A stretch of DNA of 59,862 nt, filler included. It is 5 parts of 5 records of this genome, joined end to end, with 100 filler letters (N's around TTAATTAATTAA, not from the genome) between each part and the next. Parts side by side here need not be neighbours in the genome. Positions count along the whole stretch, not along the records: positions 19,899 to 43,961 come from SRR2962707_4632; positions 44,062 to 51,982 come from SRR2962707_4634; 3 more parts are not named here. One strand, 5' to 3'. The notes beneath the pieces are model-generated. The model made no database searches and was not told the origin of the DNA. It saw only the letters and a list, made by a program, of their open reading frames with translations. The position numbers and the translations under genes are program-made. Every line of letters begins with the position of its first letter. Position 1 is the stretch's first letter. Of this stretch, positions 39,711-49,492 are shown one piece after another.

Positions 39711-41464
39711 GCGCTATTTTCCTCTTTCACATTTGAGCTTTCTTTGGAGATATAAGCAGGCAAGTGGATCGTAAATTCCGCGCCGCCGTCTGCAACATTT
39801 TTTGCCGACAAACTGCCATCATGCTCTTTGATAATTTCAGTCGCGATGGAAAGACCAAGCCCCATGCCATCCCCCGATGCCCGCGTTGTGTGAAATGGCT
39901 CTTGCAGCAAATTGAGCTCTCGCTCACCAAACCCAATGCCATTATCGCGCACAGTAATAAGAGCCGAATTATCCTTGCTGCGAACGCTTATGCAAAGCTG
40001 TGTTCGTTCTGCTTCTTGTAAAGATGAAGCAGCATTTTTCACCAAATTCACGACGGCTTGCTCGAGCCTGAACCTGCTTCCCAAAACCATTATCGCAGGC
40101 GCTTCATTTTGAACCTTAAGCCGAATATGCGCTTTGTCTAAATCATGATGCATGAGTTCCACACAGCCAGAAATAATATCGGCAACGAACACTGGCTCAA
40201 AATTTGGCTCGAGCGGACGCGTGAAAAAGCGCAATTGCTTTGTGATATTCTCCATGCGGTCCACCACGCCATTAAGCCGCTTAAGCGTTGTATCTTGGAT
40301 GCCAGCTTGGTCTAGTTCCTCAGCAATCAAATAATTGCGCAATGCAGATATTGGCTGGCCCAATTCATGCACCACAGAGGCCGATAACTGCCCAAGCGCA
40401 GCAAGTTTGCTGGACCGCGCAAGTTCACCATGTGCATCTTCTAGTTGCCTATTTGTTTTACGTAGCTGCGCCCTATCAAAATGGGAGGCTGCAAGTGCAG
40501 CCTCAATACGCTTAGATCGAAGATAGGCGGCAAAGCCAACCAGCAACGAAACGCCAGAGCCAAATACAATTGTAGTTAGGAGAGCGCGTTCATAGGCCCG
40601 CCCCTCGCCCAACAGATAATGTACGCGCCAACTCAAATGATCGACATCGTGGGCGGCATAAATATAGGTAGCCCCATTAAGGCTAACGGATGTCTCATCA
40701 CTCAATGTCCAATCAAGAAGCGATACATCGATTGATCCAAACTGCTTGCTCGAAGAAATTTGCGCGAGACGTTCCGGCGAGAGTGGCTGCAAGGAGCGAT
40801 AAAGCCAATCGCGATTGGAGGCCAACACGACGATTCCATCTATATTGGAAACGAGCACATTTTCGCCGCCCGCTTCCCACGTTTCCTGCAACTCGCTCGC
40901 ATCCAATTTAATCGCAATAACGCCGGCAATTTTACCCGTACTGTCGCGCACCGGTTCTGAAACGAAGTAACCTGGCCTGCCCGTGGTGACGCCAATACCA
41001 AAATAATTGCCACGATGACCGTCCATCGCCTCTGCAAAATAGGGTCTAAAGCTATAGTTCTGACCTAAGAATGATTGCGGCTTATCATAGTTAGATGCCG
41101 ACAAAACCAAGCCGCTTGCATCCATGAGATATATGGCTTCCAGATTGGCCTCATCAGCAAAGCTGGCAAGTCGCCGATTGAGCGCATCCCGATTAGACGT
41201 GTGGAGACCGCCCGCCACATGAGGATCGTGCGCTAAAACAAAGGGCAAATGTTGATAACGCTCAAAGGTATCATTGAGTGAGCGCTCATAGAGCAAAAGC
41301 CGTGTCTTCGCATCTTCCTGATCGAGCGTTTTAAAATAGGCAAGGGAGACGAAAAACAAAATGCCGATAGCTAAGGCGGTGATCGCAACCAAGATCACAG
41401 CCACACTGCGCCGCGCGGGCAGCGCCGGTTCTAGATAGTTTTTTTCAGCACTCAGTTCAGACAT
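39707..41464 (-). CDS. DctB-like sensor histidine kinase with dCache domain
   Basis: GQNYSFRPYF, GVTTGRPGYF, KLAALGQLSASVVHELGQP, NLVKNA, DNGIG, GMGLGL. Confidence 0.9.
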   Translation of the reverse strand: MSELSAEKNYLEPALPARRSVAVILVAITALAIGILFFVSLAYFKTLDQEDAKTRLLLYERSLNDTFERYQHLPFVLAHDPHVAGGLHTSNRDALNRRLASFADEANLEAIYLMDASGLVLSASNYDKPQSFLGQNYSFRPYFAEAMDGHRGNYFGIGVTTGRPGYFVSEPVRDSTGKIAGVIAIKLDASELQETWEAGGENVLVSNIDGIVVLASNRDWLYRSLQPLSPERLAQISSSKQFGSIDVSLLDWTLSDETSVSLNGATYIYAAHDVDHLSWRVHYLLGEGRAYERALLTTIVFGSGVSLLVGFAAYLRSKRIEAALAASHFDRAQLRKTNRQLEDAHGELARSSKLAALGQLSASVVHELGQPISALRNYLIAEELDQAGIQDTTLKRLNGVVDRMENITKQLRFFTRPLEPNFEPVFVADIISGCVELMHHDLDKAHIRLKVQNEAPAIMVLGSRFRLEQAVVNLVKNAASSLQEAERTQLCISVRSKDNSALITVRDNGIGFGERELNLLQEPFHTTRASGDGMGLGLSIATEIIKEHDGSLSAKNVADGGAEFTIHLPAYISKESSNVKEENSA

Positions 41465-41580
41465 GCACCATCCCGTATCTCATCCCTTTATGCCTGAACT
41501 TTTGCCAATCGCGCAATTGCACTGATCATGGAAATTTTGGGGGCATGAAAAAGGACGTAAAAATAAAATCAATCAGACAC

Positions 41581-41595
41581 TAGACGACCGGTCTA
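41581..41595. promoter_or_regulatory. NemR-box-like palindrome
   Basis: TAGAC-gaccg-GTCTA, 20 nt upstream of the TetR ATG; resembles the E. coli NemR box TAGACCnnnnGGTCTA but is one nt shorter. Confidence 0.6.
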
Positions 41596-41615
41596 TTATC
41601 TCCTATATACGGATC

Positions 41616-42212
41616 ATGAACATTGAAAAAAAAACAGATTTAACGCGCAGCCGCATCCTAACCATAGGCCGCGAACTCGTGCTTAAAAAAGGTTTTGGTG
41701 GTTTAGGCATCAAGGAACTGCTTGATACTTGCGCCATTCCCAAGGGTTCATTCTATTATTACTTTGCCTCCAAAGAAGCTTTTGGCTGCGCCCTGCTTCA
41801 AGATTATGTCGACGACTATTTGGCGCGTTTTGATAATTTGATAGACAGCGAATTATCGAGCAAAGACAAATTATTACAATTTTGGGCAGCTTGGCTTGGC
41901 AATGAAAGTTCCGGAACGATGGCAACCAATTGCCTGGTCGTAAAATTAGCAGCTGAAATCTCCGATCTTTCCGAAGACATGCGCATTGTTCTAAATAGTG
42001 GTGTTGAGCAACTCATCGCTCGAATTGCTCAGCTTTTGCGCGATGGTGAAAAAGAAGGCTCACTTCATATACATGATAGCGCTGAGGGTATGGCTAAAAA
42101 TCTATATGCCCAGTGGCTCGGTGCAGCCATTCTAGCAAAATTATCAGCGAACAATAGGCCTCTGCATGAAGCCTATGCTGACACAGAAAATCAACTGACA
42201 AAGCCGATTTAA
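41616..42212 (+). CDS. TetR family regulator, NemR-like
   Basis: IPKGSFYYYFASKEAFG, NCLVVKLAAEISDLSEDMR (sensing Cys), LYAQWLGA. Confidence 0.88.
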   Translation: MNIEKKTDLTRSRILTIGRELVLKKGFGGLGIKELLDTCAIPKGSFYYYFASKEAFGCALLQDYVDDYLARFDNLIDSELSSKDKLLQFWAAWLGNESSGTMATNCLVVKLAAEISDLSEDMRIVLNSGVEQLIARIAQLLRDGEKEGSLHIHDSAEGMAKNLYAQWLGAAILAKLSANNRPLHEAYADTENQLTKPI

Positions 42213-42265
42213 ATTCACAATCAAAATTATCATTGAAATTCCAAACAACGCGTAAAGGAAACAAC

Positions 42266-43243
42266 ATGCGTAGTGTAACACACGATATATTTGGCGACCC
42301 AGCAGACGTTCTGCACTTTAGCCAGATTGATAAACCGGAACCGAAAAAAGGCGAGGCGCTGATTAAAACAATCATGTCGCCAATCCATAATCACGATCTA
42401 TGGACTGTTCGGGGCACCTATGGTGTTCCGCCAAAATTGCCAGCAATTGGCGGCTCAGAAGCCATCGGTATCGTTGAAGCGGTTGGCGAAGGCGTCGACG
42501 AAAGCATAATTGGAAAGCGCGTCGCGATTGCGGGCGTATATGGCGCTTGGGCAGAATTTTTCTGTGCCAATGCAGCAGGCCTATTGCCTTTGCCAGACGC
42601 CATTTCAGACACATTGGGCGCACAGCTCATCGCGATGCCATTTAGCGCGATCTCATTGCTCGAAACCCTATCTTTGAACAAAGGTGACTGGGTAATCCAA
42701 ACCGCTGCCAATGGCGCAGTTGGCAAAATCTTCGCTGTTCTGGCTAAGGCACGCGGTATCAATACGCTAAACCTTGTGCGCCGCGAAGAAGCCGTGAATG
42801 AACTCGAAGCGCTCGGCATGGAAAATATTCTATCAACTGAATCTGACGGTTGGAAAGAAAAAGCTAAAGCAATCCTCGGCACAGCTGGCGCACGCGCTGC
42901 CATTGATTCCGTTGGCGGCAAAATCGCGCTGGACCTATCTGATCTGCTCGGCGTTGAAGGAACTTTAGTTGTCTTCGGCACTGCAACCGGCGCACCGCTT
43001 GAATTAAGCTCCAGCGCCCTTATTATGAAGCATTTGAAAGTGGAAGGTTTCTGGGGCTCTAAAGTCAGCAAAGAATTGGCCCCTGAACTTAAAATGAAGC
43101 TCATTGGCGAACTGGTAACGCTCGCTGTGAAAGGCACGCTTCAGTTAGAAGCAGGTGGTGATTTTAGCTTCGAAGAGATCACAGATGCGGTAAGCGCCGC
43201 TTCCTCACCGGGCCGTAAAGGCAAGATTATGCTGCGTCCATAA
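42266..43243 (+). CDS. MDR-family NADPH reductase (quinone/enoyl reductase-like)
   Basis: SPIHNHDLWTVRG, GGSEAIG, QLIAMP, QTAANGAVG, DSVGG, GFWG. Confidence 0.88.
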   Translation: MRSVTHDIFGDPADVLHFSQIDKPEPKKGEALIKTIMSPIHNHDLWTVRGTYGVPPKLPAIGGSEAIGIVEAVGEGVDESIIGKRVAIAGVYGAWAEFFCANAAGLLPLPDAISDTLGAQLIAMPFSAISLLETLSLNKGDWVIQTAANGAVGKIFAVLAKARGINTLNLVRREEAVNELEALGMENILSTESDGWKEKAKAILGTAGARAAIDSVGGKIALDLSDLLGVEGTLVVFGTATGAPLELSSSALIMKHLKVEGFWGSKVSKELAPELKMKLIGELVTLAVKGTLQLEAGGDFSFEEITDAVSAASSPGRKGKIMLRP

Positions 43244-43270
43244 TCAGTTGAGTAGCAGCAGACACATATT

Positions 43271-43304
43271 AAACAGGCGCGATCTTCATTGATCGCGCCT
43301 GTTT
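43271..43304. terminator. Bidirectional Rho-independent terminator
   Basis: AAACAGGCGCGATC-ttcatt-GATCGCGCCTGTTT between convergent genes. Confidence 0.85.
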
Positions 43305-43317
43305 CAAATTTAGTAGA

Positions 43318-43767
43318 TTAAGAAATATCCATTGACAAAATGTGTGAAACAGCTTCAGCCGCCTCAGCACCTTTTTTCACAAAGTGTTTTGCGTAGAAGT
43401 CTTCTAGCGCTTCAACTTCCTGATAATTATGCGGCGTTAGCGATACCGAGAACATCGGCACATCGGTCTTTAGCTGCGCATTCATCAAGCCATCAACTAC
43501 GGCCGCAGCAACGAAATCATGACGATAAATACCACCATCAACCACAAGGGCAGCAGCAACAATAGCGTCATATTTTCCGGTTTTTGCAAGTCGTTTAGCC
43601 AGCAGAGGCATTTCAAATGCACCCGGAACATCAAAGGCAACGATCTTAGCACCAGGCATGAGTTCGCTTGATTTTGCTAAAAAGCCTTCATAGGCTTTAT
43701 CAACAATATCAGCGTGCCAACGTGCTTTTACAAAGGCAATTTTATAGTTTGAAGTATCTTTAGTCAT
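43318..43767 (-). CDS. ribH: 6,7-dimethyl-8-ribityllumazine synthase, type II (RibH2-like)
   Basis: IAFVKARWHADIV, VPGAFEMP, VVDGGIYRHDFVA, SLTPH. Confidence 0.93.
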   Translation of the reverse strand: MTKDTSNYKIAFVKARWHADIVDKAYEGFLAKSSELMPGAKIVAFDVPGAFEMPLLAKRLAKTGKYDAIVAAALVVDGGIYRHDFVAAAVVDGLMNAQLKTDVPMFSVSLTPHNYQEVEALEDFYAKHFVKKGAEAAEAVSHILSMDIS

Positions 43768-43845
43768 ATCTGTGGAACCCTAATTATTAACATAAGGTCC
43801 CAGAGCACAAGACGCACCTACCCCGCTTTCACGAAGTAAATACGG

Positions 43846-43961
43846 CTCTCTTTCATCCGGACTATACCGTCGGCCTTGGAATTTCACCAAATCTGCTGAC
43901 CTTTTGTTACCAAAAGCGCTCGCGGGCTATAACCGCCGGTGGGGAATTGCACCCCGCCCTG
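43846..43961 (-). promoter_or_regulatory. FMN riboswitch (RFN element), slightly 5'-truncated by contig end
   Basis: Minus strand CAGGGGCGGGGTGCAATTCCCCACCGGCGGT..AGCCCGCGAGC..AGCAGA..GGTGAAATTCC..GCCGACGGTATAGTCCGGATGAAAGAGA, upstream of ribH. Confidence 0.95.
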
Positions 43962-44061
43962 NNNNNNNNNNNNNNNNNNNNNNNNNNNNNNNNNNNNNNN
44001 NNNNNTTAATTAATTAANNNNNNNNNNNNNNNNNNNNNNNNNNNNNNNNNNNNNNNNNNNN
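43962..44061. other. Artificial contig-joining linker
   Basis: 44 N + TTAATTAATTAA + 44 N. Confidence 0.98.
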
Positions 44062-44305
44062 CGCCGACATCATCCGCCGCGCCATGATCCGTATGCCGCG
44101 CGCGCTATCGGATGCGAAGCTTTCCGCCCGCATGCTGCTGCAAGTGCATGACGAACTGATCTTCGAGGTGCCGGAGAAAGAAGCGAAGAAGACCAGCGAA
44201 ACCGTGTCCGGCGTCATGTCGTCGGCTGCCGCGCCCGCCGTCAATCTCTCGGTGCCGCTCGACGTCGATGCCCGCGCCGCGAAAAACTGGGACGAAGCGC
44301 ATTAG
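44062..44305 (+). CDS. polA: DNA polymerase I, C-terminal fragment
   Basis: ADIIRRAMI, MLLQVHDELIFE, LSVPLDVD...NWDEAH. Confidence 0.93.
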
Positions 44306-44318
44306 AAAAGAAGCGGAC

Positions 44319-45362
44319 ATGGGTGAGGCGCGCAGGAGAAGCTGGGAGAACGCGATTTCGGAAGCGTTGCCCGTCAGTCCCTTCCTCACCGGCGGCGTCG
44401 CCTCCGCGCTCTTCTTCGCAAGCTATTTGCTTACGGCCTTTTTCGGCGGCGAAGACATCATCGTCGTGCGTCCCGACGAGGTTTCGCTCTCGAGCGATGC
44501 CTGGGCGGCGCTCGCTCTTTCCCTTCTCTGGTTCGCGATCCTCGGCATCGGCCGTTACACCGTCGTCGGAAACTTGCGCGATGCGCGCCTGCTCGTCGGA
44601 ATAGCGCCCCATATCACCGCCCGGAAGGTTGAGAGCTATACGCGCGGCGTGACCCCGCAGGAGCTTTCCCGCTCCCGGCTGGCGGGCATTGCCGGTTTTG
44701 TCGCAGGCGGCGTTCTTTATGCCGTCGCGGTTCTTGGCGTCTGGCAGAAAGGCTGGGCCGCCTTCGTGACGGCGGTGGATGTCTGGCTGCTTTTCGCCAT
44801 ATCGCTCTTCGTCATGCAGCTTCTGCGGCGCATTTATTTCCTGCGCGGCGACACCGGGCTTTTCTCGGAAGCGCTGAAAGGGCTCGACCCGGATCTGTCG
44901 GACATATCGCAGCTCGACGCGTTCGGCCGCGTGGCCCTGCGCGGTGCCTTGCCCTGGTTTGTGGTCTCGGGCATCGTCGCGCTGCTGCTGGTCGGGCAGG
45001 ACGCGGACGGCCTCACCATCCCCGCGCTGGTCCTCACGCTTGCCGCCGCCTTCTTCGTCTTCTCCCGTCCGATGCTGCGCGCGCATCGTGTTCTCAAACA
45101 AGCCAAACATCGGGATCTCGTCAGGCTGCGTGGCGAACTCCGCCGCCACGAAAAGGCTCTGCGTCAGGACGGCGAAGCCGCGCGCGATGCAGCGCTCATG
45201 CTCCCGGCCCTTATCGCGCTCGAAACCCGGCTGGAACGCATGCGCGAATGGCCGCTCGATCTGCAGACGGCCGGCCGCCTGATCCTCTACGCCGCGATCC
45301 CGCTCGGCTCCTGGTTCTGTGCGGGCGTCGTCAATATCGCGCTGGAAGTCTTGATTTCCTGA
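44319..45362 (+). CDS. Hypothetical multi-pass membrane protein
   Basis: 347-aa ORF with about seven TM segments and C-terminal EWPLD...R...Y..IPLGSW; starts 13 nt after polA. Confidence 0.75.
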   Translation: MGEARRRSWENAISEALPVSPFLTGGVASALFFASYLLTAFFGGEDIIVVRPDEVSLSSDAWAALALSLLWFAILGIGRYTVVGNLRDARLLVGIAPHITARKVESYTRGVTPQELSRSRLAGIAGFVAGGVLYAVAVLGVWQKGWAAFVTAVDVWLLFAISLFVMQLLRRIYFLRGDTGLFSEALKGLDPDLSDISQLDAFGRVALRGALPWFVVSGIVALLLVGQDADGLTIPALVLTLAAAFFVFSRPMLRAHRVLKQAKHRDLVRLRGELRRHEKALRQDGEAARDAALMLPALIALETRLERMREWPLDLQTAGRLILYAAIPLGSWFCAGVVNIALEVLIS

Positions 45363-45413
45363 GATTCCGCGGCATTTCGGGCGTTGCCCTCGGGCGTCGC
45401 AAAGCCCATATGT

Positions 45414-45438
45414 GGAACGATACGCGAGGCAAACCGTT
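45414..45438 (+). promoter_or_regulatory. EcfG/SigT general-stress-response promoter
   Basis: GGAAC-N16-CGTT, exact consensus. Confidence 0.75.
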
Positions 45439-45467
45439 CTGTTCCCGAAGCAATGGGAGATCGCAAC

Positions 45468-45752
45468 GTGGCCGGAAAAACGACGCAGGAAGACGGCAAG
45501 AACAAGATCGCTGAAGCCGAGAAGGAATCCTTCCCCTCCAGCGATCCGCCCGCATGGACGAGCGGCGAGGCATCGCCCGAGGCGGATGCGAAGCGCGCCG
45601 TGCGCAAGGCCGAAGAGGCCGAGAAGGAGCGCGCCGAGGAAGAGGAGTGCGTCGACGAAACGCTCGACGAGAGCTTTCCCGCATCTGACCCGCCTTCATG
45701 GACGGGTACGCATGCAGGCGACGCCCATGACGCGGACCGCAAGAAGAAGTAA
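45468..45752 (+). CDS. Small acidic protein with two ESFP(A/S)SDPP(A/S)WT motifs
   Basis: RBS GGAGA then GTG 45468 (alternative ATG 45453); internal duplicated motif. Confidence 0.75.
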   Translation: MAGKTTQEDGKNKIAEAEKESFPSSDPPAWTSGEASPEADAKRAVRKAEEAEKERAEEEECVDETLDESFPASDPPSWTGTHAGDAHDADRKKK

Positions 45753-45776
45753 CCGCGCGCGAAATTTGAAATCTGG

Positions 45777-45808
45777 AACGGCCCGGAAGATGTCTTCCGG
45801 GCCGTTTT
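45777..45808. terminator. Hairpin terminator between convergent genes
   Basis: AACGGCCCGGAAGA-tg-TCTTCCGGGCCGTT followed by TT. Confidence 0.75.
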
Positions 45809-45812
45809 CCAT

Positions 45813-46516
45813 TCAGGCCGCGAGCGTCAGCTCAATGGGCCGCTTCGGCCGCGTCGAGGCGTAGATTTCCCCCATGCGCTCCGTGTGCCGCATCAGATTT
45901 TCATGGTCGAGCGCCGCCTCCTTCAGCGGGCTTTCAAGCGCGGGGCCCACGATATTGACGAACGTGGCGAACACGGCCACGTCGGCAAGCGTCGGGCTGT
46001 CGCCGAAGAAGAAAGGCTTGTCGCCGAGCATTGCCGCCAGCGCGTCGAGGTCCCGTCCGCCCAGCCCATAAATCTCCTCGACCGTATGGCGGCCGATGCC
46101 ATCCGCGGCACGATGAGCGAGAGCGGAAAGGGCAGGCCGCCGAAAAAGAGCTTCTTTATCGTCGGCCAGTTCGCCTCCTCGATCCAGCGGCTCTGAACGA
46201 GCACCCAGTAAAGCCGCTCGTCCAGCATCCGCTGCAGCATGTGCGACTGCGCCCTTTCGGCCGCGCTGAGGCCCTGGTCGAGATCGACGCCGAGCGTCTC
46301 CTTCAGATGATCGAGCACGAGCGCCGAGTCGCCGATCCGGCTCCCTTCGATTTCGATGAAGGGCAGCTTGCTCTTCGGGCCGTTGCGCGGGTCGGTTTCG
46401 TACCACACCTGATGCGGCACGCCGGCCAAGCGCAGCGCCGCTTCCAGTTTCAGGCAGAAGGGGCTCGGATTGGGCGTGCCCTTGAGGCTCGCGGGAAAGA
46501 GATAAAGGCGGATCAT
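45813..46516 (-). pseudogene. Frameshifted glutathione S-transferase (metaxin/FAX-like)
   Basis: The N-half (SPFCLKLE, GPKSKLPFIE, IGDS) is in one frame and the C-half (GIGRHTVEEI, LGDKPFFFGDSPTLADVAVF) in another; the switch is at ~46100. Confidence 0.8.
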
Positions 46517-46548
46517 GGCTGCTCTCCACGGTTGAACGAAACCCTTTA

Positions 46549-46582
46549 TACTGACATGCTACTGACAACGTACCGTCAGCAG
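46549..46582. promoter_or_regulatory. Probable operator of the WYL regulator
   Basis: Inverted repeat CTACTGAC-N8-GTCAGCAG (46559-46582), plus TACTGACA direct repeats at 46549 and 46560, in the divergent GST/yafY intergenic region. Confidence 0.55.
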
Positions 46583-46619
46583 TGTTCCGGGGCTCCCTCC
46601 CTTGGACCGGGAGGGCCCC

Positions 46620-47345
46620 ATGCGCCGCGCCAACCGTCTCTTCGATATCATCGAGTATCTCCGCCGCGCGAAGCGGGTCGTCACCGCGCAGGAGCTGGCG
46701 CGCGAGCTGGAAGTCTCGGTCCGCACCATCTACCGCGACGTGGCAGACCTGCAGGCGAGCCGCGTCCCCATAGAGGGTGAGGCGGGCCTCGGCTATGTGC
46801 TGCGTTCGGGCTATGAACTGCCGCCCCTCATGTTCACGGAGGACGAAATCGAGGCGCTCGTCTTCGGCGCCCGCATGGTCCGTGCCTGGGGCGATGCCGC
46901 CTTCACCGGCGCGGCCGACGCCGCCGTCTCGAAGATCGCCGCCGTTCTGCCGCCGCGGCTGCGCCGCATCGCGGAAGCCTCCCGCCTCACCGTCGCGCCG
47001 GGCCGCACCAGCCCGAAGGACGGCTACAGCCGCCACCTCTCTCCCGTCCGCCGCGCCATCCGCGACCGCCGCAGGCTGGTCATCGGCTATGAGGCGCTGT
47101 CGGGCGAGCGCACGGAGCGCACCGTCCGCCCGCTCGGCCTCGCTTTCTTCGGCCCCTTCTGGATGCTCGCCGCCTGGTGCGAGAAGCGCGAGGACTTCCG
47201 CACCTTCCGCATCGAGCGCATCGGCACGCTGAAAGTCACCGACGAAATCTTCGCCGACGAGAAGGGCAAGACCATGGAAGACTTCGTCGCCCGCCCGAGC
47301 GAAAGCTCCTACAGCGGCACCATGCGCCCGCAAGCCGCGGATTGA
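46620..47345 (+). CDS. YafY-family HTH-WYL transcriptional regulator
   Basis: MRRANRLFDII, LARELEVSVRTIYRD, LPPLMFT, R.VRPL, W.LAAWCEKREDFRTFRIERI. Confidence 0.93.
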   Translation: MRRANRLFDIIEYLRRAKRVVTAQELARELEVSVRTIYRDVADLQASRVPIEGEAGLGYVLRSGYELPPLMFTEDEIEALVFGARMVRAWGDAAFTGAADAAVSKIAAVLPPRLRRIAEASRLTVAPGRTSPKDGYSRHLSPVRRAIRDRRRLVIGYEALSGERTERTVRPLGLAFFGPFWMLAAWCEKREDFRTFRIERIGTLKVTDEIFADEKGKTMEDFVARPSESSYSGTMRPQAAD

Positions 47346-47353
47346 GTGCAAAG

Positions 47354-47384
47354 AAAAAGCCCCGGCGTTTCCACCGGGGCTTTC
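47354..47384. terminator. Bidirectional Rho-independent terminator
   Basis: AAAAAGCCCCGG-N8-CCGGGGCTTT between yafY and pckA. Confidence 0.8.
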
Positions 47385-47407
47385 CTCATTCGTCTGAAGC
47401 GTGACGT

Positions 47408-49021
<1,614 letters not shown>

Positions 49022-49492
49022 GCTTCTCTCCTCGTGGTCCTCTTCGGCCCGTTAGGCCTCAAATCCCTGTTTGTTGTGCCCGCATCCCGCGCTCGCCGCG
49101 GCAGAGGCCGAAGTCTATCACGGTCGCGTCCCTCCGGCAGGACCGCAGATCGGCAAGGGCGGGTTTCCGTCCTGCCGAAGCAAAAGCGGGGCCATCGCCC
49201 TTGTCGGGCAGGCCCGCGCGGTCTCCGGAAATTCGGCGCCAACATAGTTCCGGGCCCCGTGCGGCGCAACCGCTTTGCGAACCGCTTGCAAGGGTGCGGC
49301 GATGCGTCCCGTGGCGCTGCCAGTAACCGGTTTTGCCCCTGCGGCGGCGCAAAACACCCCTTCGCAAGTGCGGTCTCCCGAAATAACCGCCGGATCGCCG
49401 CTCCGTTCCGCCGCTGCGCCGCAACGCGCGCAGCCTCCCGCCCTTGGTTAATGCCGTAGCGTCTGCCGCTTTTTACAGCAGTTCTCCGGCTC

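Noticed and set aside
45813..47351. 512-aa minus-strand ORF read as a single fusion gene
   Set aside because: Mostly antisense to yafY; only the last ~95 codons are the true GST C-half
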